Source: a virus (taxonomy: Duplodnaviria; Heunggongvirae; Uroviricota; Caudoviricetes). Taken from it: a stretch of DNA of 64,000 nucleotides. Made by a program: the position numbers and the translations under genes. The stretch lies in the IMG/VR virus record IMGVR_UViG_3300042154_004306. One strand, written 5' to 3'. The first letter of the stretch is position 1. Every line of letters begins with the position of its first letter. Below the pieces are notes generated by a model. The model searched no databases, had not been told where the DNA came from, and worked only from the letters and a program-made list of their open reading frames with translations. Shown piece after piece: positions 40,623-49,075 of this stretch.

Positions 40623-41332
40623 AAAACATACACCAAATAAATGACAATATCTACATCACTAATGATGAAGAAATTAAAGAAGGAGATTACTTTTGGAAAC
40701 CCGATTGTAATATGATTTTCAAAGCAGAGTACACACCACATAAAGGTTGTGAAAAAGTCATATTGACAACAGACCAAGACTTAATCAAAGATGGTGTACA
40801 AAGTATTGACGATGGGTTCTTAGAATGGTTTGTTAAGAATCCAAGTTGTGAGAGTGTTGAGGTTGGGTATGGATGGATTAGACTAACTGAAACTGACAAT
40901 GAAGGATATTGGATTTCTATTCCCGATAATCAATTTGAAATGCAACAAGCAGAACCTAAACAAGAAACACTTGAAGAAGCTGCTAAAAATGCTTACAAAA
41001 AACATTCAGTTAAAGATGATGCACTTTCATTAAATGAACAAATACAAAGAAGTGGAGGATTTATTGTAGGTTTTAAAGAAGGCATGATGGAAGGTGCTAA
41101 ATGGCAATCTGAAAGAATTGGTTTAATGGAAATTGAATTAAACCACACAAAAACACTTTTAGCGAGTTGTGAAAAAGCATTAGAAAATAGAGATAATCAA
41201 GCTAAAAGAATGTATAGTGAGGAAGAAGTTATTGAACTTTTGAACAAAAGAGAAGATTGTATTAATCAAACATCATCTATATTTGATTATACAAGTACAA
41301 AAGAATGGTTTGAACAATTTAAAAAGAAATAA
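40619..41332 (+). CDS. Modular array protein 6 (long type)
   Basis: N-terminus nearly identical to protein 5; EPKQETLEEAA, EGAKWQ, RMYSEEEV, EQFKKK. Confidence 0.8.
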   Translation: MKNIHQINDNIYITNDEEIKEGDYFWKPDCNMIFKAEYTPHKGCEKVILTTDQDLIKDGVQSIDDGFLEWFVKNPSCESVEVGYGWIRLTETDNEGYWISIPDNQFEMQQAEPKQETLEEAAKNAYKKHSVKDDALSLNEQIQRSGGFIVGFKEGMMEGAKWQSERIGLMEIELNHTKTLLASCEKALENRDNQAKRMYSEEEVIELLNKREDCINQTSSIFDYTSTKEWFEQFKKK

Positions 41333-41333
41333 C

Positions 41334-41687
41334 ATGAGTATAGATCTAACAAATCTTTGTTACTATGATAAGAGAAATCCTGATTGTTCAGCAGATGATG
41401 AAGATATAGAATACCACAAAAGGAGTTTACTTAAAAAGAATAAAACTTGTAGTTGTGATAATTGTTTTTATGGTAGAAGTGATTTAACAGAACAACTTAT
41501 TTTGCAACAAGAAATAAGTTATAGTGAGGAAGAAGTAAGACAAGCTATCAAAAAAGCTAGAGATATTTCAGACGGAAAATATTGTTTTGATGCTGAAGAT
41601 ATTAGTGGGTGCACTGAAGTTTGTACTTATGATTGGAAATTTAATTTATCAGAAGATTCAATTATTGAACAATTTAAAAAGAAATAA
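41334..41687 (+). CDS. Modular array protein 7
   Basis: Cys-rich N-terminus (CSCDNC), QQEISYSEEEV, EQFKKK. Confidence 0.75.
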   Translation: MSIDLTNLCYYDKRNPDCSADDEDIEYHKRSLLKKNKTCSCDNCFYGRSDLTEQLILQQEISYSEEEVRQAIKKARDISDGKYCFDAEDISGCTEVCTYDWKFNLSEDSIIEQFKKK

Positions 41688-41690
41688 AAT

Positions 41691-42521
41691 ATGAAACCTA
41701 ATTCAGACAAGCCTCCGCCAGAAGGTCCGGAATGCAGAAGAGTTTACGAAGGAATTTCGGAATTCTATCAAAATCGAACAATTACACAATTTGAAGTATT
41801 GGGAGGCCGTTTCCTAAAAAGAGCTCCTGATCTTGAAGTTCAGCCTGTCGTGCCCACTCGTGTGATTGGTGGTGGAGTTAAGGGCAAATTCATTTGGCTG
41901 GAGCTTAGTGACGAGACCTGTCTCTGGATAACGCTGGGGATGAGCGGCCATTGGTCAACTGATAAACTGCAACACAGTCACTTTCGAATTGGATTTGAGG
42001 ATGACTCTTCGCTTTACTTTGTCGATCAACGTAGATTTGGAACCTTGAAATTCACAAGGCTTGCGGAGTTACCAAAGAAATTATCAAGCTTGGGGCTTGA
42101 CATGCTGAACGACCGGACCGCTAGCATGTACGATTTTATTAGAAGGGTTGAACTACCGAAGGCTCAAAAGAAAACCGTTGCTGAAGCGCTAATGGATCAG
42201 TCTCTCTTTGCTGGAGTCGGTAACTACATCAAATGTGAAATGTTATATCGTAGTAGAATATCGCCGTACCGACTTGTAAAAGACCTAACTCAGGATGAGA
42301 TTTGCCAACTTTGGAATTGGGGAAAACTGATCATGAGAGCCTCATACGAACAGGGTGGAGCCAGTATCCGGAACTATCGCCAAGTAACCGGTGAGTCCGG
42401 CCTTTTTACATTTGAATTTGAAGTTTACGCTCAAAAACACGATCCGCTTGGAAATCAAGTGGTTAGGGAAGAAACGCCAGACGGTCGCACAACTCACTGG
42501 GTTCCGGAACTACAATCATAG
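41691..42521 (+). CDS. Fpg/Nei DNA glycosylase with anomalous N-terminal extension
   Basis: PEGPE, KGKFIW, LGMSG, DQRRFG, LMDQ..FAGVGNY, GRTTHW. Confidence 0.9.
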   Translation: MKPNSDKPPPEGPECRRVYEGISEFYQNRTITQFEVLGGRFLKRAPDLEVQPVVPTRVIGGGVKGKFIWLELSDETCLWITLGMSGHWSTDKLQHSHFRIGFEDDSSLYFVDQRRFGTLKFTRLAELPKKLSSLGLDMLNDRTASMYDFIRRVELPKAQKKTVAEALMDQSLFAGVGNYIKCEMLYRSRISPYRLVKDLTQDEICQLWNWGKLIMRASYEQGGASIRNYRQVTGESGLFTFEFEVYAQKHDPLGNQVVREETPDGRTTHWVPELQS

Positions 42522-42532
42522 TATAATAAGTA

Positions 42533-42886
42533 ATGAAGGACATAATCGACGTTGGCAATTTAGTATTCGATAAGTTAGTCTCTGATCATGGAGAGCTAGC
42601 TGAGTCGCGGACTCTTTTCCTATATGGAATAACGACCGGTACCACTTGGTTCGTGTTGGATTCCGCAAAGTGGATCGCAATCGACCAGACCGGCATAGTT
42701 AAAAACTTTGATGATTCTGTAATAGACGGAATTAACAGCGATTGGAAGAGTCTGCTCTCAGCTAAAGAGCTTGCTAAAGCTGACAAAATACTTCAACAAA
42801 TTAAGCCAAATGATAATGGCCCAAAGGATGGAGACACCTATGAATTTTGGAAGAATGAATGTCCTTGGAGAGAAATATCTCTTTAA
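42533..42886 (+). CDS. Hypothetical protein
   Basis: TAGTATAAT at 42519-42527. Confidence 0.6.
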   Translation: MKDIIDVGNLVFDKLVSDHGELAESRTLFLYGITTGTTWFVLDSAKWIAIDQTGIVKNFDDSVIDGINSDWKSLLSAKELAKADKILQQIKPNDNGPKDGDTYEFWKNECPWREISL

Positions 42887-42922
42887 CCTATGCAAGTATG
42901 GCACTTAAAATTTTAAATCAAA

Positions 42923-43381
42923 ATGAATACAATGGAAAATAGAATACAAATAAACGGGGACTGGTATATTAAGGAACCAGTAGATGCACAGCCAAAAGAA
43001 TTAGATTTAGTATACACAGAAATGTGTTCGTATGAAGTATTGGATTATTGCTTTGAAGCAACAAGACGTTTTAAAGATTATGATAAATCTGAGTTCTATG
43101 AGGACACTATCGATATTAAGGTTACTGATAAACGAACAAAATCTTGGAAAATACACAATTGGGATAATGTTGCGTGGTTTCGTGGAGTTTTTGATAATGA
43201 TAAAAGAGCAATAAATGATGCGTTAGCAGTAATGGGTACGTATGAGGTTATGGAGTTAACTCAATTTATTGGACACTTAATAAAAATTGGTTGGATTAAG
43301 TATTACAATTGCGAAAATATTATTATTAAAAAAACCAAAACCTTTGAAACAAATCATAGAATACCTTTTGAAGGTTGTTAA
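42923..43381 (+). CDS. Hypothetical protein (AT-rich island 2)
   Basis: ORF with A-rich leader. Confidence 0.6.
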   Translation: MNTMENRIQINGDWYIKEPVDAQPKELDLVYTEMCSYEVLDYCFEATRRFKDYDKSEFYEDTIDIKVTDKRTKSWKIHNWDNVAWFRGVFDNDKRAINDALAVMGTYEVMELTQFIGHLIKIGWIKYYNCENIIIKKTKTFETNHRIPFEGC

Positions 43382-43539
43382 AATTTAAAAATAAAACGAA
43401 TATGAAATATCTAATAGTATTAAGTGTAGTAGTGGCTATAACAGTTTACTTACTCATCAGTAAGAATACAAAACAACATAACAAACATTAAATACACCTT
43501 GTTATACACAGTACGGTTTATTAACTAAAAAATATAAAT

Positions 43540-43809
43540 ATGAAACTAATAATTAATAACAAAATCTTCATTGGGAGATACAACGAAAATGGTAGATTAC
43601 AAATACAATTGGATGATGAAAATGATGTTAAATTTTTCAAAAACTGGGAAGATAAATGTAAAACTTCCAATAGTAAGACGGATTATGTAGATAATATAGA
43701 ATTTCACAAAATAACTGAACGTGGATTTTTGAAAAATTGTTTTCCTTTACTAAGTATAAATGAAGATTTTGTTACACTCCACTATGATTTATATGATGTA
43801 GTATCGTAG
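43540..43809 (+). CDS. Hypothetical cassette-borne protein
   Basis: Single ORF bounded by complementary core sites. Confidence 0.6.
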   Translation: MKLIINNKIFIGRYNENGRLQIQLDDENDVKFFKNWEDKCKTSNSKTDYVDNIEFHKITERGFLKNCFPLLSINEDFVTLHYDLYDVVS

Positions 43810-43815
43810 TATTGT

Positions 43816-43947
43816 GTATAACGTTTTGCAGATACCCAAAGGAGGGGATTACGAAGCACAAAATTTAAAATAACCACAAATGTTTAACCGAAGCAAAAAT
43901 GTTCATATAACCACTAAAACCCCTCTTTTGCTTATGTGCTGTTATCG
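43816..43947 (+). mobile_element. attC-like recombination site
   Basis: GTATAAC ... GTTATCG ends; imperfect inverted repeat ATAACgttttGCAgATAcccAAAgGAGGGG versus CCCCTCtTTTgctTATgTGCtGTTAT. Confidence 0.65.
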
Positions 43948-43995
43948 GTAGGGCTTCTCACAAAACTTAAATAAAATGACAAAATTAGAACAACT

Positions 43996-44178
43996 ATGAA
44001 ATTAAAACGATACATAAATCGAACATGGTCCGATGATTTTAAACAAATAAACATCACCCCAACACTTTATTTTACTAAAAGTAAACTTACATCATGTGAA
44101 TATGTGGTAAATTATATTATTAGTATTAATTTCTTAATATGGGATGTGGGGGTGATAATAACTAAACTGGTTAGATAA
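43996..44178 (+). CDS. Small hypothetical protein
   Basis: ORF track; island context. Confidence 0.5.
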   Translation: MKLKRYINRTWSDDFKQINITPTLYFTKSKLTSCEYVVNYIISINFLIWDVGVIITKLVR

Positions 44179-44205
44179 CATACAACAATAAAACAATAGA
44201 AAGTT

Positions 44206-44781
44206 ATGAATAAAGAACAACAAGAATTATTGGGTGAGGCTTATAAGAATTATTATAACTATATGAGGGATGATAGACAATGGGAATTAGATAAAGAAGA
44301 ATTCATCAACAAATGTAAAACTGAACCTAAGTTCTCTGAAAAGTGGGGATTAAAGATTGAAGAACGAGAGTTGAGTTTGGAAGATAGAAAAATACATATG
44401 TCCAAATACTCCAATGATAGAATTTACCCAGATTGGGATGAAAAATTCTTAAGCGAAAAAAGCATCCCAACCAAACTAATCACAATAACATACAAAAAAA
44501 CTACAATAGAAGTTATGAATAAAGTAAATGAAGCCGGATATAATGAAGCACCCAAATTTGGTCCTTCACAAAACAATCCACCGTATATCTCAGACGATTT
44601 CCAAATTGGTCCTAATGGTGCCTATGAACACAATGAAATAGTTCATATACAACAACAGTTAATCGATTTGTTATACTCACAGGTAATAGACTTATCAATG
44701 ATGTCTAAAATTGAATTAGGTGATGATGTCATTGCTGAGGTTAAACGATTAAAATCTATTATAGATGAAAAGACTACTTAG
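44206..44781 (+). CDS. Chimeric protein built from thyA-like segments and the PYISDDFQIGP module
   Basis: EEFINKCKT..KFSEKWG and RELSLEDR..IP shared with the thyA C-terminal part. Confidence 0.65.
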   Translation: MNKEQQELLGEAYKNYYNYMRDDRQWELDKEEFINKCKTEPKFSEKWGLKIEERELSLEDRKIHMSKYSNDRIYPDWDEKFLSEKSIPTKLITITYKKTTIEVMNKVNEAGYNEAPKFGPSQNNPPYISDDFQIGPNGAYEHNEIVHIQQQLIDLLYSQVIDLSMMSKIELGDDVIAEVKRLKSIIDEKTT

Positions 44782-44932
44782 AATTATTATTGGACTTCCG
44801 CTATGTCCAGTTCCGATGTTTTTAGGAACTTGGATATGGCTATTTTCAAACACTAAAGATTCATGGATAGAGAGTATTGGGTATCTTACTTGGAATTTAG
44901 CATCGGGAAATTGGGATAAATTACCAGAATAA
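44765..44932 (+). CDS. Small membrane protein (not in ORF track)
   Basis: MKRLLRIIIGLPLCPVPMFLGTWIWLF..., 55 aa, overlaps the previous stop. Confidence 0.5.
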   Translation: MKRLLRIIIGLPLCPVPMFLGTWIWLFSNTKDSWIESIGYLTWNLASGNWDKLPE

Positions 44933-44956
44933 AAACAATTAAAATAAAAAATAAAC

Positions 44957-45187
44957 ATGGCAGATTTTTCAAAACAATGGTGTGAAATTAATGACCCAGG
45001 TATGTCTGGTGACTTTGACATTTTAGAAGAGGCAAATAATATTAAACCTAATCATTATATTCCTATGATATGTGAAGGATATGGTTTTGTAGCAATAGGC
45101 AAAGATGAGCATGATGATATTATATTAGCATTTAAAGATAATGAAGGTAATATTAAATGGGAAACTTATAACAGCGTTATTAAATAA
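44957..45187 (+). CDS. Hypothetical protein
   Basis: MADFSKQWC...ICEGYG. Confidence 0.65.
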   Translation: MADFSKQWCEINDPGMSGDFDILEEANNIKPNHYIPMICEGYGFVAIGKDEHDDIILAFKDNEGNIKWETYNSVIK

Positions 45188-45204
45188 AACAAAAATAATT
45201 ACAA

Positions 45205-45519
45205 ATGAATAATCTAGATAAGCAATATACAGACCTACTTCAAGACATACTTGATAATGGATTTAAGAAACAAGACAGAACAGGTACAGGAACAATCTCA
45301 GTATTTGGTAGACAAATACGTCATAAAATGAGCGACGGCTTTCCATTACTCACAACTAAAAAGATGGCTTGGAAATCAGTGGTAACTGAACTGTTATGGT
45401 TTTTAAAAGGCCGAAGTGACTTAAAGTACTTACTTGACAATGATTGCAACATCTGGACTGGGGACGGCTATCAAGCATATCTTAAAGAATGTGAAAAATA
45501 TAAGGAAGAAGATAAGTAA
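45205..45519 (+). CDS. thyA: Thymidylate synthase, N-terminal fragment
   Basis: [31 protein letters not shown]; ends with TAA. Confidence 0.9.
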   Translation: MNNLDKQYTDLLQDILDNGFKKQDRTGTGTISVFGRQIRHKMSDGFPLLTTKKMAWKSVVTELLWFLKGRSDLKYLLDNDCNIWTGDGYQAYLKECEKYKEEDK

Positions 45520-45559
45520 TTTTTATTAGCATCGCCAAAGATATATAAAATAAAAATCT

Positions 45560-46258
45560 ATGGAAAAATACATTCTTTATCTTAAAACTTCCCCTCTTGG
45601 TCTTAAATACCTAGGAAAAACTACCAAGGATCCTTACAAATACATAGGTAGCGGAAAAATATGGCTAAGGCACCTAAAAAAACACGAGATTTCAACAGAT
45701 GAGATAAAAACAGAAATTTTGTTTGAAACTGACAATCTGGAAGAATTTAAAATAAAGTCTAAAGAAATTTCAATAAAATTAAACATTGTTGAATCCGAAG
45801 AATTTGCCAATCTTAAAGTAGAGGAAGGAGATGGTGGGGATACTTCAAAGTATATAAATTATGATAACCCAGTGTTTCATAAAAAAGGAAGAGCCGATCA
45901 TTTAAACGGGGTTGGTTTAACTGAGGAGGAAAGAAAGAAAATCTTTATGGAAAGATCTAAACTTATAGATTATTCAAATCCAGAAAGAATAAGAAAAATA
46001 AAAGATAATACAGATTGGAAGAAATTAATTGAAAATAGACATACAGATTATTCTAAATTTTTAAATATAGTACACGAAAAAAATAAAAAACCTGTTTTAC
46101 AGCTTGATTTGGAAGGTAACATTATTATGGAACACAAATCAGCGGCAGACGCAGTTAGATACCTTAACGCTAAAAAATATAGCTCTAGTACAATAACTAA
46201 TTGTTGTAAAGGAAAGGGTGAAACTGCGTTAGGATACAAATGGAAATATAAAAAATAA
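45560..46258 (+). CDS. GIY-YIG homing endonuclease with NUMOD1-like C-terminus
   Basis: LYLK...KYLGKT..DPYKYIGSG, FANL; KPVLQLDLEG..SAADA..ITNCCKG...GYKWKY. Confidence 0.85.
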   Translation: MEKYILYLKTSPLGLKYLGKTTKDPYKYIGSGKIWLRHLKKHEISTDEIKTEILFETDNLEEFKIKSKEISIKLNIVESEEFANLKVEEGDGGDTSKYINYDNPVFHKKGRADHLNGVGLTEEERKKIFMERSKLIDYSNPERIRKIKDNTDWKKLIENRHTDYSKFLNIVHEKNKKPVLQLDLEGNIIMEHKSAADAVRYLNAKKYSSSTITNCCKGKGETALGYKWKYKK

Positions 46259-46262
46259 ACTT

Positions 46263-47216
46263 ATGAATAAAGAACATTTACACCCAGAAGGAAGACCCTA
46301 CACACAAGAAGAATTCATCAACAAAATCAAAACAGATGATGAGTTTGCTAAGAAATGGGGTGATTTAGGTCCGATTTACGGTAAGCAATGGAGAAATTGG
46401 GATATTAAACCTAATATAGAAACTAAATCTTATATTCATAAAGGAGAGACGCACTTTACATTTGATATTAATGAAAGACAGCCAATAGACCAAATCGCAA
46501 ACTCAATCAATCTACTTAAAATAGACCCAGACTCAAGACGTAATAAAGTTAGTGCTTGGAATGTCGGAGAATTGGATGAAATGGTTCTTCCACCTTGCCA
46601 TACAGATTTTCAGTTTTTTACAAGAGAGTTGAGTTTGAAAGAAAGATTGCAAGTCTGGGATAGTAAGTTTGGATTTGCCAATGATGAACAAAAGAATCAA
46701 TTTAACACTGATGTTCATTTAGATACTCACGGAATACCTAAAAGAGCAATCTCATTAATGTGGAATCAAAGATCAGTAGACACAGGATTAGGCTTACCAT
46801 TTAACATTGCTTCTTATGGATTGTTATTAGAGATAATCGCTAAAGAAGTTAACATGGTTCCTGATGAGTTGATTGGTAATTTGGGTGATACACATTTATA
46901 CTCAAACCATATTGAACAAGCAAAGGAGCAGATTGGTAGAGAGTTGAGTTTGGAAGAAAGGTTATCTTTAGTTAAAAATAATGTAATGAGTTTTGATGAA
47001 TTATCCAAAGCAAATTATGATGAATTTTTTAAAAAGAATAATATACCGAACAGAACTAGAGAACCATACCCATTACCAACATTAAAAATTGTGGGTTACC
47101 CTGAAGAATATAAGCATCCCAATGACGAACGATTATTTGAAGAGTTTGACATATCTGACTTTCAACTTGAAAATTATCAATCACACCCAACTATTAAAAT
47201 GCCTTTATCAAACTAA
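46263..47216 (+). CDS. thyA: Thymidylate synthase, C-terminal catalytic fragment
   Basis: GDLGPIYGKQWR, PDSRR, VLPPCH, QRSVDTGLGLPFN, GDTHLYSNH. Confidence 0.92.
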   Translation: MNKEHLHPEGRPYTQEEFINKIKTDDEFAKKWGDLGPIYGKQWRNWDIKPNIETKSYIHKGETHFTFDINERQPIDQIANSINLLKIDPDSRRNKVSAWNVGELDEMVLPPCHTDFQFFTRELSLKERLQVWDSKFGFANDEQKNQFNTDVHLDTHGIPKRAISLMWNQRSVDTGLGLPFNIASYGLLLEIIAKEVNMVPDELIGNLGDTHLYSNHIEQAKEQIGRELSLEERLSLVKNNVMSFDELSKANYDEFFKKNNIPNRTREPYPLPTLKIVGYPEEYKHPNDERLFEEFDISDFQLENYQSHPTIKMPLSN

Positions 47217-47229
47217 AAAAATATAAATT

Positions 47230-47466
47230 ATGGAAAACTACAAATCGGATTACTACAATCCAGAAACATTTGAAAAATCAGAAGTTGAAACTAAAATACC
47301 TGCTAGTTTAGTTAATAAGGTTAAGCAAACACTAGATAAATTGGAAGGCTACATGATAACACCAACAATGGTTAATCCCAAATATGATTCAGTAACATTC
47401 GGGATCATGGATATGACTAATAGAACATTAAAATATAGAGTTTCAATCACACCAAATTACCTTTAA
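47230..47466 (+). CDS. Hypothetical protein
   Basis: ORF track. Confidence 0.55.
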   Translation: MENYKSDYYNPETFEKSEVETKIPASLVNKVKQTLDKLEGYMITPTMVNPKYDSVTFGIMDMTNRTLKYRVSITPNYL

Positions 47467-47477
47467 GTAATTAATAT

Positions 47478-47837
47478 ATGATAGAAATAAGATTTAGAGA
47501 TATCGATCCAGATACTGGAGGAATTTCTCAAGACATGAAAATCGCAACTTGCGAAATCCTAATTTACGCTGAATGGATCAAGCAAGCTCTTGAAACTGGA
47601 GACGCTGATCAACCTAATCGCGAGTATTATCTGGTCGATCGTGAAGATCCTAACCGTGAGCTCACGTATGAGGAAAGAATTGCATGGTTCGTTGCGAATC
47701 ACTATGAAACTGGCATGGAGTACTCAAATCTATTAGAGTCGATGAAGACTACTAATCTTGATAATTTTGAATACATTAACGGTGAAATTGTTAAGATTCC
47801 AAAAACGGTTGGTGAACTTGGCCTAGCACAAGATTAA
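47478..47837 (+). CDS. Hypothetical protein with RELTYEER module
   Basis: Motif related to the thyA insert RELSLEER. Confidence 0.55.
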   Translation: MIEIRFRDIDPDTGGISQDMKIATCEILIYAEWIKQALETGDADQPNREYYLVDREDPNRELTYEERIAWFVANHYETGMEYSNLLESMKTTNLDNFEYINGEIVKIPKTVGELGLAQD

Positions 47838-49075
47838 GCGACTTGTACGTCTAATAACGTGGCAATCTTTTTGCCGCCCTGCGAAATTAAACTATTTCCG
47901 CTATTTGCTCTACTGTTAATTGCAAGTTTAGCAAGTTCCTCAGGGTCAGTTACTCCTCTGCGAACTGCATCGTTTACGGTTTCTGCAAATTTATCGAACC
48001 AACCTGGCCCGTTCCATACTGAATATACAAAATTGAAAAGAAGTTTAGGATTCTCATTAACGATCGCTAGCGCTGGTCCTGATAAGTATTTCGTAGCATA
48101 AGTGTCATAGTAACGCTTAATCATTTTACCAGCGAGCTCTCGTAGTTGAGTCTCAAGTTGGCCTCCGCGATATCCCCATTTCCACTCTGATCTTGCATTA
48201 GCTGAATCAATTAGATTCCAAAACTTGATGCCCTCAGGTGTTGTGTTAATTGCACCGCCTGCTTTACGATCAATTCCCATCATCGTTTCTCCCGAATTGC
48301 CGTATCTATCATCTTTTACTCGACCGTCATTCAGCATGTCAGGATGATAGTAACCGCCTTCGAGATTATCAATAACCTTTGCAACTATTCCGTCAAAGTC
48401 GTTAACGTCAAGTTCAATAGCTTTACCTGAGTCGGTCTTTTTAAGTTCTGCGAATTTGGCTAAATTTTTTTCTGAAAAATTCTTTTCCTTTAACGTGTTA
48501 ATAAGTCGAGTTATTAGGTCAGCGTCAATAATAACGCTAGTAGCAGATTCAGTTGAATCAGCGGCAGCTGCGCCAGTCAATCCAGTAACCGTGATTGGAT
48601 CATCAGTCTTTGCGTTAGCTGTTTTTGAATTTTCTGCATGATTACCATAAGACAAATGGAAGTGTCCGCCGGTCGCCGATTTACTAGGATTAGAGTATTC
48701 ATCAATGTAGCTAAAACCTGGAGTACCGTCGGATACTCTATCTAAGACTGCCGTTAATTGCTGACGAGTCTCAGCAGTATTAGGGTTAACGGTCAAATCA
48801 ATTGCTTGCCCTTTAGTATGGCGGCTAACATACGATAAGTTATGATGAAACACATCATTTCCACTAGTTACCTTAATCTTTACGGTTGGCGCAATTTTCT
48901 TAAATTCATCAAGCACCACTTCCACAATTTTTGCTATGTCAGCTGTAATATCTCCACCGCTACTAAGCTCTTTGGATTTTTCAGAATAGCCAAGAGTCGT
49001 TAATTTATCCCGAAGTTCGTCAGCCTGTGCAGCTTCCAATATTAACTTTTTAAAATCAGTATACGAGCCAATCAT
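47834..49075 (-). CDS. Tag-bearing cell-wall hydrolase: M15-like peptidase plus lysozyme-like (GH108-type) domain
   Basis: SRHTKGQAIDL...GHFHLSY (Zn peptidase); LEGGYY...GETMMGI. Confidence 0.7.
   Translation of the reverse strand: MIGSYTDFKKLILEAAQADELRDKLTTLGYSEKSKELSSGGDITADIAKIVEVVLDEFKKIAPTVKIKVTSGNDVFHHNLSYVSRHTKGQAIDLTVNPNTAETRQQLTAVLDRVSDGTPGFSYIDEYSNPSKSATGGHFHLSYGNHAENSKTANAKTDDPITVTGLTGAAAADSTESATSVIIDADLITRLINTLKEKNFSEKNLAKFAELKKTDSGKAIELDVNDFDGIVAKVIDNLEGGYYHPDMLNDGRVKDDRYGNSGETMMGIDRKAGGAINTTPEGIKFWNLIDSANARSEWKWGYRGGQLETQLRELAGKMIKRYYDTYATKYLSGPALAIVNENPKLLFNFVYSVWNGPGWFDKFAETVNDAVRRGVTDPEELAKLAINSRANSGNSLISQGGKKIATLLDVQVA

Larger units (their letters stand above)
38104..41687 (+). 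mobile_element. AT-rich island: array of 7 modular ORFs built on shared repeats
   Basis: Visibly more AT-rich than flanks; repeated DNA/peptide blocks (see findings). Confidence 0.75.
38981..41687 (+). repeat. Six exact 23-nt direct repeats TTGAACAATTTAAAAAGAAATAA
   Basis: At 38981, 39195, 39475, 39716, 41310 and 41665; each ends in a stop codon, and the next ATG overlaps it or follows within 3 nt. Confidence 0.95.

Noticed and set aside
38981-41687. 23-nt direct repeats as a CRISPR array
   Set aside because: Intervals are about 190-1570 nt and fully coding, the repeats encode EQFKKK-stop, and no cas operon is present.
38104-41687. Diversity-generating retroelement or shufflon
   Set aside because: No reverse transcriptase or invertase in the window, no adenine-specific TR/VR pattern, and all repeats are direct.
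45520-46262. Group I intron in thyA (T4 td-like)
   Set aside because: Only 40 and 4 nt of non-coding flank and no recognisable core elements; not fully excluded without a covariance search.
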